Shown piece after piece: positions 55,973 to 64,000 of a stretch of 64,000 bases of DNA. Under the pieces are notes generated by a model. That model was not told the origin of the DNA. It was given only the letters and a program-made list of their open reading frames with translations, and did no database searches. Source of the DNA: Acidobacteriota bacterium (GTDB taxonomy: Bacteria > Acidobacteriota > Vicinamibacteria > Fen-336); contig JAQBHI010000126.1 in NCBI GenBank assembly GCA_032127875.1, positions 1,861 to 65,860 of the forward strand, in the 5' to 3' direction. The position numbers and the translations under genes were made by a program. The stretch's first letter is position 1. Each line of letters opens with the position of its first letter.

Positions 55973-57403
55973 ATGCGCTCGTTGCGGCGGCAAGTCACGG
56001 CGTTCTGGGGGGGTCCCGCAGGCGGGCGCGAAGTCCTGGCCATCAGCTATCCCCTGATCCTCAGCCAGATGTCGTTCACGGTCCAGGTCTTCGTGGACCG
56101 GCTGTTCCTGACCTGGTATTCGTCCGAGGCCGTGGCGGGGGCGGTGACCGCGCTGTTCACGACCTGGACGCTGATGGGCCTGTGCCTGGGCACCGGCGAA
56201 TACCTGACGACGTTCATCGCTCAGTATTTCGGCGCGAAGCGCTTCGACAGGATCGGCCCCGCCATCTGGCAAGGCATCTATTTTTCGCTCGCGGCGGGCG
56301 TCGTGATCGCCGCCGTAGCGCCTCTGGCCGAGCCGATCTTCGCACTCGCCGGCCACGCTCCGCTCGTGCGGGCCTACGAAGTGGAGTACGCCCGCATCCT
56401 GCTGATCGGGGGCTTTCCGATCGTGCTGATGGCCACGCTTTCGACGTTTTTCGCGGGCCGTGGCGAGACCCACATGGTGCTGATCGCCAACATCGTCGTC
56501 ACGCTCGTGAACGTGCTGCTCGACTATTTCTGGATCTTCGGGCGTGCGGGTTTTCCGCGCGCTGGTGTCGTGGGCGCGGCCTGGGCGACGGTGATCGCGC
56601 AGGCCGTCGGGGCACTCATCTACCTCGCCATCATCCTGGGTCGCGAGCATCGCGAGCGTTTCAACACGCTTTCCGGCTGGCGCTTCGAACGGAGGCTGTT
56701 CGGGCGGCTGCTGCGCTTTGGGCTGCCGGCGGGTCTCCAGTACTCGCTCGAGCTGGGCGCCTTCTCGCTGTTCCTGATGATCGTCGGCCGTATCGGCACT
56801 GCCGAGCTGGCGGCAAGCGGCATCGCCTTCAACCTCAACATGATCGTGTTCATGCCGACGATCGGCCTCGGGATCGGCGTGTCGGCGATCGTCGGCCGCT
56901 ACCTGGGAGCCGATCAGCCGCAATGCGCCGAACGAGCGACATGGTCGGCGTTCGCGATCAGCCTCGTCTACATGTCCGCCTGTGGCGCTCTTTACGTGCT
57001 CGCCCCGGGGCTGCTGCTCGGGCCATACGCCGCCCACGCCGGCAGCGACTTCGCTCACGTGCAGGAGATCGCGATCGTGCTGCTGCGCTTCATCGCGGTC
57101 TACTCGATTTTCGACATGTTCAACGTGATCTTCGCTGCCGGGCTCAAGGGCGCGGGCGACACTCGCTACCCGCTGGCGCTCACGGTCGTGTTGTCCTGGG
57201 TCGCGATGCTGGTCCCAGCGTACGTCTTGTGCCTGCGCGGCGGTGCAGGTGTCTACACCGCCTGGGCCACGGCGAGCGCCTACGTCGTTCTCTTGGGGTT
57301 GTTGATGATGCGCCGCTTCCGTGCGGGGCGGTGGAAGGCGCTGCGCGTGATCGAGGCGCACGTGCCGGAGCTCGACGGCGCTTCGCCGCAGGAGGCGGCC
57401 TGA
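55973..57403 (+). CDS. MATE-family efflux transporter
   Basis: 12-TM, MATE-typical N-terminus (EVLAISYPLILSQMS). Confidence 0.85.
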   Translation: MRSLRRQVTAFWGGPAGGREVLAISYPLILSQMSFTVQVFVDRLFLTWYSSEAVAGAVTALFTTWTLMGLCLGTGEYLTTFIAQYFGAKRFDRIGPAIWQGIYFSLAAGVVIAAVAPLAEPIFALAGHAPLVRAYEVEYARILLIGGFPIVLMATLSTFFAGRGETHMVLIANIVVTLVNVLLDYFWIFGRAGFPRAGVVGAAWATVIAQAVGALIYLAIILGREHRERFNTLSGWRFERRLFGRLLRFGLPAGLQYSLELGAFSLFLMIVGRIGTAELAASGIAFNLNMIVFMPTIGLGIGVSAIVGRYLGADQPQCAERATWSAFAISLVYMSACGALYVLAPGLLLGPYAAHAGSDFAHVQEIAIVLLRFIAVYSIFDMFNVIFAAGLKGAGDTRYPLALTVVLSWVAMLVPAYVLCLRGGAGVYTAWATASAYVVLLGLLMMRRFRAGRWKALRVIEAHVPELDGASPQEAA

Positions 57404-57405
57404 GC

Positions 57406-58026
57406 ATGGAAAGCCTGGCGCTCGAGGCATTCCTCACGCTGTTCGTGGTGATGGATCCGATCGGCCTGGTGCCGGTCTTCCTGGCGCTGGCGGGCGATCG
57501 CCCGCTGGGCGAGCAGTGCCGGATCGCGCGCAAGGCCGTGCTGGTGGCTGGTGGCCTGCTGGCTACGTTCGGCCTGGCTGGGGCCTGGCTGCTGCGCAAC
57601 CTCGGCATCAGCATGGACGCCTTTCGCGCCGCTGGCGGCAGTTTGCTGTTCCTGATCGCCGTCGACATGGTCCTGGCACAACACGAGCGTGAGACCAAGG
57701 AAGAGGAGGAGGAATCGCGTTCCCGCGCCGACATCAGCGTGTTCCCGTTGGCAATCCCCATGATCGCCGGCCCGGGTACGCTGGCGAGCATAATGATCCT
57801 GGCTGCGGAGTCGCGCCGATATCCGTTGGGACTGACCATGGTGCTCGGAATCGCCGGCGTGGTCTTGGCGCTGGGCTACGCGGCGCTTCGGCTGTCGGCT
57901 CCGCTCGGCCGACTCCTCGGCAAGACCGGCGTCAACGTCGTGACGCGCGTGCTGGGCGTGCTGCTCGCCGCGCTGGCGGTGCAGTACATCGCCGATGGCG
58001 TGCGCGGTCTGTGGGGCACGCCGTGA
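57406..58026 (+). CDS. MarC-family (UPF0056/NAAT) integral membrane protein
   Basis: LTLFVVMDPIGLVPVFLAL signature. Confidence 0.8.
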   Translation: MESLALEAFLTLFVVMDPIGLVPVFLALAGDRPLGEQCRIARKAVLVAGGLLATFGLAGAWLLRNLGISMDAFRAAGGSLLFLIAVDMVLAQHERETKEEEEESRSRADISVFPLAIPMIAGPGTLASIMILAAESRRYPLGLTMVLGIAGVVLALGYAALRLSAPLGRLLGKTGVNVVTRVLGVLLAALAVQYIADGVRGLWGTP

Positions 58027-58286
58027 GCGGCCCATGAATCGTCGCGGGGGAGGCGGCAGATGCCGATGAAGACGCGCCGGCCGGGAAGCGCGGGCCCGAG
58101 CGTTTCGGCCCTGGGTCCGGACTGCATGGGGATGTCCGAGTTTTTCGGAGCGCGTGACGATATCGAGTCGCTGGCGACCATCAGGCCGCCGGAAAGCCTC
58201 GAGTCAGCGCATCGATAGCGACCGCATGCCTGCTGGCCGTCCAAGCGGCAGACGTGCGTCCTCAGGGCAGCTACTAGTATGGGGCC

Positions 58287-59045
58287 ATGAGGCAGGCGCC
58301 AGTCGCACCGAGGCCAGGCGCCTGGGCGTGTCTGCTCATGATCTTGGGCCTGGGCTCGGGGTCTGAGCTTCGAGCCGGGGAGCGCATGCGCGTTGAGACA
58401 TCGCGAGCGACCTTGGAGTTCGAGGCGGGTGATCTCAACCCGGGCGAGGCCGAGGCCTTCGCCAGGCTCGCCGACCGCGGAGTTGCGGACGTCGAGTCGC
58501 TGGTCGCTTCGGGGTTGCCGGCCTGGGCGCGGCGTGCCGGTCGGATTCGCTTCCTGGTAAGCTCGCAGATTCGGATCTCGCGTACCAAACACGGTGTCGT
58601 ATACCTCCCGTTGGAGCGAGTCAAGAACAGCTCGGCTCCCTACCTCCACGAGACGGTCCATGCACTCGTGCCCTCCCGGGGCAATCGCACCTGGCTCAGC
58701 GAAGGCCTCGCCTGCTACCTCGAGAGCCACGTCAGCGAAACCCTCGGGGGCTACGACGCCCACGTCTTCACGCAGGCGGGCAACGGCGGCATCCACGCGG
58801 CCGCGCGCCGCACCCTGGCTGGCGCGCCCGGCCGAGCCGTTCTGCCCTGGGTGGGGGGCTACGGCGATCCCCCGCGGCTCGAGGAAGACCGATCCAGGGT
58901 GGCGCGACCTTTCTACGTCCTCTCGCAGTCGCTGACCAAGCACCTGGTCGAAGTCGTGGGACTCGAGGCCATGATCCGGGCCGTCGTCACAGGGCGGGGC
59001 GACCTCGGGGAGTGGAAGCGAGGCTGGCTGGCCGCACTCGGCTAG
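58287..59045 (+). CDS. secreted hypothetical protein with HETVH motif (possible zinc-dependent peptidase)
   Basis: Signal peptide; YLHETVHALVP. Confidence 0.45.
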   Translation: MRQAPVAPRPGAWACLLMILGLGSGSELRAGERMRVETSRATLEFEAGDLNPGEAEAFARLADRGVADVESLVASGLPAWARRAGRIRFLVSSQIRISRTKHGVVYLPLERVKNSSAPYLHETVHALVPSRGNRTWLSEGLACYLESHVSETLGGYDAHVFTQAGNGGIHAAARRTLAGAPGRAVLPWVGGYGDPPRLEEDRSRVARPFYVLSQSLTKHLVEVVGLEAMIRAVVTGRGDLGEWKRGWLAALG

Positions 59046-59083
59046 CCGCTCGCCTCGGCCCCGCCCGTGCTGAGAGCGGGCGG

Positions 59084-60382
59084 CTAGGGCGCGCTCGCCG
59101 GGGCCTGTGAGTTGTCCACGACCACTCGGCCGTTCTTCATCACCCAGCGCACGCCGTGGACGATCGCGCCGACGTCGGCCAGCGGATCGCCCTCCACGGC
59201 CACGATGTCCGCGTAGTACCCGGGAGCCACGGCACCCAGCTCCTTCTCCTTCCCGAGCAGCGCCGCCCCGTTCGTCGTCGCGGTCGCCAGCGCCTGGGCG
59301 GGAGTCAGGCCTGCCTTCACGAACCATTCCAGTTCGCGGGTGTTCTCGCCGAAGCCGGTGAACACCGCGTCCGAGCCCATCGCGATTCTCACGCCCACGC
59401 GGACGCAGCGCCGCAGGGTCTCAAGGTTGCGGGCGATGTAGTCGTCGAGTCGGCTCACGACGGATGCGTCGTAGCCGTACTCGTCCTTGTGTGCGATGTA
59501 GTACCGGTTGTGATCGACGGTCGGCACGTAGAAGGTGCCGCGCCTGGCCATCTCCGAGATCGTGGCGTCGTCCAGGTCGGTCGCATGCTCGATCGAGTCG
59601 GCTCCGGCACGCACCGCGTCCCGAGCGCCGTCGGGGCCGTAGGAGTGGATCGAGATGCGCTTGCCAGCTCGATGCGCCACGTCCACCGCCGCCTTCATCT
59701 CCTCGAAGGAGTAGGTCTGGAACCCGGTGACGTCTTGATCGCTGCCGGTGGACCCGTAGAGCTTGATCCAGTCCGCGCCGGCCGCGATCTGCTGGCGGGC
59801 CACCCGTTGCACCTCGGCCACGCCATCCGCCTGGCCGAGGTCCGATGCGAAATGGCTGGGCCAGTAGGGCGCGCTGCTGATGTGCAACCCGTAGCCGGCG
59901 ACGAACATCCGCGGCCCGAGCATCGCGCCGCGATTGATCAGCTCCCGCATGGCGACGTCGGTAAACTCCCACGAGCCGAGATCGCGAACCGTGGTGACGC
60001 CGGTCTCCAGGGTCCGCCGAGCGTTTTCCTGAGCGAGGTACACAGTGACGGCGGGGCCGAGGCTTCCCAGTTGTGCCCACGGCGGGCTGCCCACGCTCGA
60101 GTCCCACCAGAACGTCATGTGGGTGTGCACGTCGATCAGCCCGGGGATGCCGGTGAAGCGACGCAGGTCGATGACTGTCGCGTTCGGCGGGACCGCTTCG
60201 TCGCCTGAAGCGACGTGGCGGACCCGCTCACCCTCGACCACTACGACGGCGTTCTGGGTAACGCCTCCGCGGCCGTCGATCAGTCGCCCGAAGCGGATCG
60301 CGGTCACCTGTGCGTCGGCGTTCGCGGCACCCCAGGCAACGAGCGTCGTGAGGCAGAGAATAGAGGGGGATGCCGAGCGCAT
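59084..60382 (-). CDS. amidohydrolase-family metal-dependent hydrolase, secreted
   Basis: Signal peptide; GLIDVHTHM metal-binding motif; TIM-barrel hydrolase pattern. Confidence 0.8.
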   Translation of the reverse strand: MRSASPSILCLTTLVAWGAANADAQVTAIRFGRLIDGRGGVTQNAVVVVEGERVRHVASGDEAVPPNATVIDLRRFTGIPGLIDVHTHMTFWWDSSVGSPPWAQLGSLGPAVTVYLAQENARRTLETGVTTVRDLGSWEFTDVAMRELINRGAMLGPRMFVAGYGLHISSAPYWPSHFASDLGQADGVAEVQRVARQQIAAGADWIKLYGSTGSDQDVTGFQTYSFEEMKAAVDVAHRAGKRISIHSYGPDGARDAVRAGADSIEHATDLDDATISEMARRGTFYVPTVDHNRYYIAHKDEYGYDASVVSRLDDYIARNLETLRRCVRVGVRIAMGSDAVFTGFGENTRELEWFVKAGLTPAQALATATTNGAALLGKEKELGAVAPGYYADIVAVEGDPLADVGAIVHGVRWVMKNGRVVVDNSQAPASAP

Positions 60383-60431
60383 TGGTCTCCGAAGAGTCGT
60401 GTGATGTTCGCGAGATACTACGCCCCTTTTC

Positions 60432-61034
60432 GTGGAGCCGTGTAAGATTCGGGCGATGCTCGCCGCGGTCAGCACGCTCGCGATCGGCGTGCTGCTCGTG
60501 GCCGCCCCGCGCTGGTCCACGGACGCGCCGGTGCCCTTCTGGATTCAGGGGGAAGGCGGCCGACAGCGGGACCGCGACCTGGTGCGCCGGGCGCTCGGCG
60601 TGTGGAGCGACGCGACCGGAGGCAGCTTGCGCTTCGAGGAGAGCGAGCTGCCGCCGGCACGCGGGATTCGCGTGGTCTTCACCCGCGATCTGGCGCACTT
60701 CGGCTTCACGATGCCGAAGCTCGACGGAGACGGTCGAGTGCTGCGCGCCGACGTCATCGTCGTGACCGACCCGGTGGGCGACCCGCTGCAGAAGCAGTTG
60801 ATCGTCTATCTGACCGCGGTCCACGAGCTGGGCCACGCGCTGGGCCTCCCGCACAGCGACCGGATCGGGGAGATCATGTACGCGTTTGGACACCCGATGG
60901 ACCCGGAGCGCGTGTTCTTCGGGTATCGCAAGAAGCTGCGCTCGGCGGAAGACATCGGGGGGCCCGAAGCCACCGGCCTGAGTGAGGCCGACCGAAGGGC
61001 CATTCGCCAGCTGTATCCGGCGCCTGAGCCCTGA
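60432..61034 (+). CDS. small metzincin (matrixin / M10-like zinc metalloprotease)
   Basis: Extended zincin motif TAVHELGHALGLPHSD (HExxHxxGxxH) and signal peptide. Confidence 0.7.
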   Translation: MEPCKIRAMLAAVSTLAIGVLLVAAPRWSTDAPVPFWIQGEGGRQRDRDLVRRALGVWSDATGGSLRFEESELPPARGIRVVFTRDLAHFGFTMPKLDGDGRVLRADVIVVTDPVGDPLQKQLIVYLTAVHELGHALGLPHSDRIGEIMYAFGHPMDPERVFFGYRKKLRSAEDIGGPEATGLSEADRRAIRQLYPAPEP

Positions 61035-61052
61035 CTCGCAAGAAAACGCCGC

Positions 61053-61418
61053 TTATTGCGGCGCGCAGCTCGCCGAGGCGAGCGTGAAACGCTGGCCGGT
61101 CCGCTGCTGCACGAGCACGCAGCGCGAGGCGCGCTTCACCAGCTGAAACGCCTCAGGCTTGCCGGCCAGGCGCCCGCTGAACGGCAGGCCTCGTTCGTCG
61201 CGGGGCTCCTGGCGTTCGAGGAGCAGCATGCTGTCCTTCGTGAGCGCGTCCTCCGCGAGCGTGACCGGGGCTCCGTTCATGGCTTCGCCGAGCGTGCGGA
61301 GCAGTTCCGCACGGCTCTGCGGTGTCTCATCCACGATCAGCGCCGGCACGTCGCGCGCCGACAGGCTCGCGCAAGCCGGGCAGACAAGCAGTCCGGCGAG
61401 TGCCAGGCTTCGGATCAC
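61053..61418 (-). CDS. small secreted hypothetical protein (121 aa)
   Basis: MIRSLALAGLLVCPACASLSA signal peptide. ATGA overlap with the upstream gene. Confidence 0.4.
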   Translation of the reverse strand: MIRSLALAGLLVCPACASLSARDVPALIVDETPQSRAELLRTLGEAMNGAPVTLAEDALTKDSMLLLERQEPRDERGLPFSGRLAGKPEAFQLVKRASRCVLVQQRTGQRFTLASASCAPQ

Positions 61419-63010
61419 CGGCGCAGGATGCGGTTCTCGAGCCAGGGCGATTTGTACAGCCGCCCGTCCGACGCGGCCGTTCCCGCGAGGGCCTCGAGTT
61501 CCGCCACTCCAGTTGCCGCGCCGGGGCAGCCCTGGTGGACGCTGTAGCTCAGCGCCACGGATAGCCGCCCCTCCGCCGGATCCCCGAGCGCGTGCGCGAA
61601 GTCGTCGGCGACGGAGCAGCCGGGCAGCAGCACGCCGGTCTTGCCGGCTGCATTCGCGGGGGAGAAACCGTCGGCATAGTCGCCGAACCCCTGGGCGTTC
61701 ACGCCCTGGAACTGGATCGAGAAGTAGGTCGTTCCGCAGTTGTCCTTGGGGTAGAAGCCGTACGGCTTGCCGCAGGTGGTGGAACCGATCTGGACCACCT
61801 CGACGCCAACGCCCCGCAGGCCGTTGAGGATCGCTTCGCTCGCCGAGCAGGTGTTCGGGCCAGTGAGCAGCAGCACGCGCGACAGATTGAGAGTCGGCAG
61901 CGGCCGGCCCTGCGGCCCCGAAAACCCCTGAGACGTGGAGTGGAAGGGGAGCGAGGCCAGGCGTTCACCCGTCACCGGATTGGTGGTTGGATGCTTGTCG
62001 TTGAAAACCTGTGTCTCGAAACTGGCCCCGGTGGTAGGTCCCGGCCCAGCGATCATGTACGCGACTTCGCTCGCGATGTCGAGATAGCCGCCGCCGTTGT
62101 AGCGGATGTCGAGGACCAGGCCGGCCACATGGGCCGCAGAGAGCTGTTCGAAGGCGCTGATCAACTGCTGCTCGGCAGTCGCGATGTGATCGTTGAACAG
62201 CATGTACCCGATCGGGCCCGTGGCTGTCTTGAGGGTCTTGACGCTCTGCACCGGCGTCGAGGTGACGGTCGCAGACAGCAGCGTCACGCTGCGCGGAGCC
62301 CTGGCGCCGGGATCGAGAATCGAGAAGACGTGTGTCTCGCCGGCCGCAGTCGGAAACAGGCCGGCGTTCAGCGTGTCGGCGCTCGCGCCATCGCTCGCAT
62401 TCTTCACGTCGACGCCGTCGACCTCGAGTACCTGCGCCCCGCGCGCCAGATTCGCTGGCGCCGTGGTCGCAGGCGAGTGCGGTTCGGTGTACGCGACCGT
62501 GACCTGCCGCGGCGGGCTCGCGGCCAGGATCGCGAACTGCGCTCCGTATCCCGCCTCCACCCCCGATTGCGACAGCGCCACCCACTCCGCGGTCGGATAG
62601 GTGAAATGGAAGCGATCCTTGGGGTTGCCCGAAGGCGTGGTCGCCGAGGTCTTCAGCAGGCGGAAGTACTCGGCCGTCGTGCGCGAGGCGGGGTTCTGAT
62701 CGGGGACTTCGGCATACCAGAGGTACAGCTCATTGGTCCAGGAGCGCAGGAAGTTGTTCTCGGCGAGGGTCGAGCCCTGCCTGTCACGGAAGGCTGCGCC
62801 GGTCGTCGGGTCCGTGCCGGAGCGCGGGGCGGCGCACTGTGCCGCGAACGTCCCCGAGGTCGGGAAGACGCCTTGGGTCCAGGTGGTTGGCTCCGGAGTC
62901 GTATTGCTCCCGCTGCCACCGCAGCCTGCGAGCGCGACGCAGGCGAGCCCTGCAAGCACGCCTGTCCTCTTCACTGGGGGCACTCCGGAAGCGGCGAACG
63001 AGACGGGCAT
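61415..63010 (-). CDS. S41-family peptidase (C-terminal-processing / tail-specific-protease-like) lipoprotein
   Basis: Lipobox LAGC. DIRYNGGGYLDIASEVAYMIAG S41 catalytic region. Confidence 0.75.
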   Translation of the reverse strand: MPVSFAASGVPPVKRTGVLAGLACVALAGCGGSGSNTTPEPTTWTQGVFPTSGTFAAQCAAPRSGTDPTTGAAFRDRQGSTLAENNFLRSWTNELYLWYAEVPDQNPASRTTAEYFRLLKTSATTPSGNPKDRFHFTYPTAEWVALSQSGVEAGYGAQFAILAASPPRQVTVAYTEPHSPATTAPANLARGAQVLEVDGVDVKNASDGASADTLNAGLFPTAAGETHVFSILDPGARAPRSVTLLSATVTSTPVQSVKTLKTATGPIGYMLFNDHIATAEQQLISAFEQLSAAHVAGLVLDIRYNGGGYLDIASEVAYMIAGPGPTTGASFETQVFNDKHPTTNPVTGERLASLPFHSTSQGFSGPQGRPLPTLNLSRVLLLTGPNTCSASEAILNGLRGVGVEVVQIGSTTCGKPYGFYPKDNCGTTYFSIQFQGVNAQGFGDYADGFSPANAAGKTGVLLPGCSVADDFAHALGDPAEGRLSVALSYSVHQGCPGAATGVAELEALAGTAASDGRLYKSPWLENRILRR

Positions 63011-63061
63011 GGGGAGTCGATCCTGGCGACTACGGCATCCTTAGTCGGTCGCATGCTGCCG

Positions 63062-64000
63062 CTAGGGCGCCGGGCGGCGCACCCAGATCGGCGACGACCA
63101 GGCCTGGTGGCCATCGGCCTGGGTCACGCGCACGTAGTAGCTGGTCTCGCCGGAGAGCGGCGGCTCGTCGCTCATCGAGAACGTGAGGCGGCTCATGTCG
63201 TCCCGGGCCACACGCCGGTCGCCTTGTGGCTGGGCCGGGTCGTACAACAAGAAGACGCCGTCGCGGCCCTCGGGATTCTGCTCGATCCGCACGGCCGCAA
63301 AACTGTCGACCTGGTTGCGCACGATCTCGACGTGGTCCAGCAGCGCCGTGCCCAGCACGCGGACGCTCATCTGGATCGACGCCGCGGACTCGATGCGCGA
63401 GCCCATGGGCGCGCCGTTCGCCGTGAACTCCAGGACGATGCGGGGACCGCTGGTCGCGTAGTTGCGGCGGCTGCGGACGGCATCGTAGATCGACTCGCGG
63501 TCGAGGCGCTCGGCGAGCACCGCGGTGAGCCCGCCCTCGCCGGGCGAAAGGTGATGGGTGTCGCTGGCCGCCATCACACCCACGTGGCGTCCGAGCCGCA
63601 GCGCATCCTGATACTGATGGCCCGGCACCTGGCGGCGGCCCTCGTGGGGATTGCCGTAGTACTCGAAGCGGCCGTGCCACGAGGCGATCTCGAAGTTCGG
63701 CTCGAGGACCTCGTCGAAGGTTGCCCCGGGGTTCCAGCGCCCCCAGGTCGCGTTGGCGGTGTGATGCGGCGACATCATGCCGGGGTGCTGGCGGACGAAG
63801 GCGTACAGCTTCTCGATCGTATCGCCCTCGGGTGACGTCCAACTCAGGACCGGCCCGCCGTCGTCGGGATGCAGGATGACGCGGTGGCCGTAGGCGGGCC
63901 CGGCCGTCCATTCCCAACCGCTCAGGCTCACGAAGCGGCCGGCGTCGGTGAAGGTGCGCGCCGTCAACTGGATCTCGGCGCGTTCGGTCGGCTGGAGCCG
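63062..64000 (-). CDS. hypothetical protein; 5' end runs off the window, so this is partial
   Basis: Open frame continues to the window edge. Hydrolase-like composition with H/D-rich motifs. Confidence 0.45.
   Translation of the reverse strand, partial: RLQPTERAEIQLTARTFTDAGRFVSLSGWEWTAGPAYGHRVILHPDDGGPVLSWTSPEGDTIEKLYAFVRQHPGMMSPHHTANATWGRWNPGATFDEVLEPNFEIASWHGRFEYYGNPHEGRRQVPGHQYQDALRLGRHVGVMAASDTHHLSPGEGGLTAVLAERLDRESIYDAVRSRRNYATSGPRIVLEFTANGAPMGSRIESAASIQMSVRVLGTALLDHVEIVRNQVDSFAAVRIEQNPEGRDGVFLLYDPAQPQGDRRVARDDMSRLTFSMSDEPPLSGETSYYVRVTQADGHQAWSSPIWVRRPAP

Noticed and set aside
58027-58286. 70-aa ORF 58154-58366 and a GGGCC-n10-GGCCC hairpin in the marC-downstream intergenic region
   Set aside because: The ORF is R/S-rich with no SD. 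The hairpin is short and lacks a T-tract. Treated as non-coding.

Overview
This is a high-GC (about 70 %) bacterial chromosomal window with dense coding on both strands. The six-frame ORF track over-calls heavily, giving many long R/P/A-rich antisense or off-frame ORFs that I did not annotate. I chose frames by domain content, amino-acid composition, signal peptides and operon geometry; 4-nt GTGA/ATGA start-stop overlaps are common here. I can support roughly 60 genes.

Housekeeping and metabolic genes:
- error-prone polymerase DnaE2, FtsK, RNase J, RsmA/KsgA, GlgA, thioredoxin
- hutH-hutU, PurA, tRNA-Lys(UUU), MetX
- MATE and EamA transporters, MarC
- an AmiC-like amidase with TPR and AMIN domains
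- several secreted peptidases: M28, S41, a small metzincin, an amidohydrolase and a penicillin-acylase-family Ntn hydrolase

Two loci stand out.

1. A tightly packed six-gene minus-strand operon at 1950-7213, flanked by GT1 and GT2 glycosyltransferase genes:
- three tandem paralogous ArsA/Get3-family ATPases; the most downstream one carries a C-terminal HSP20-like domain
- an overlapping small basic protein
- a small outer-membrane beta-barrel protein
- an MglA-like Ras-family GTPase with a 190-aa C-terminal extension
I do not recognise this combination as a described system.

2. A lipid/storage-body-like locus at 17485-24030 with no PHA synthase present:
- a thioester-reductase-domain (fatty-acyl-reductase-like) protein
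- two phasin-family proteins
- an SDR epimerase and a PlsC-type acyltransferase
- a patatin-like phospholipase
- a PhaR-like repressor

Other notable points:
- a chimeric remnant ORF joining a translocase N-terminal fragment to a subtilase C-terminal fragment
- a degraded island-like stretch after tRNA-Lys, with a lambda-Int-like arm-binding fragment and a frameshifted SDR
- a structured tandem intergenic repeat that places the GT1 start codon in a hairpin loop
- an AT-rich sigma70-like promoter plus a perfect 10-bp palindrome inside the 3' end of ksgA, upstream of rnj
- a thioredoxin with a CVPC active site

No CRISPR array, rRNA or intact mobile element is visible. The MglA homologue, the Tlc/HEAT fusion and the PhaR/phasin genes suggest Myxococcota or a similar delta/Acidobacteria-like lineage, but this is a guess.
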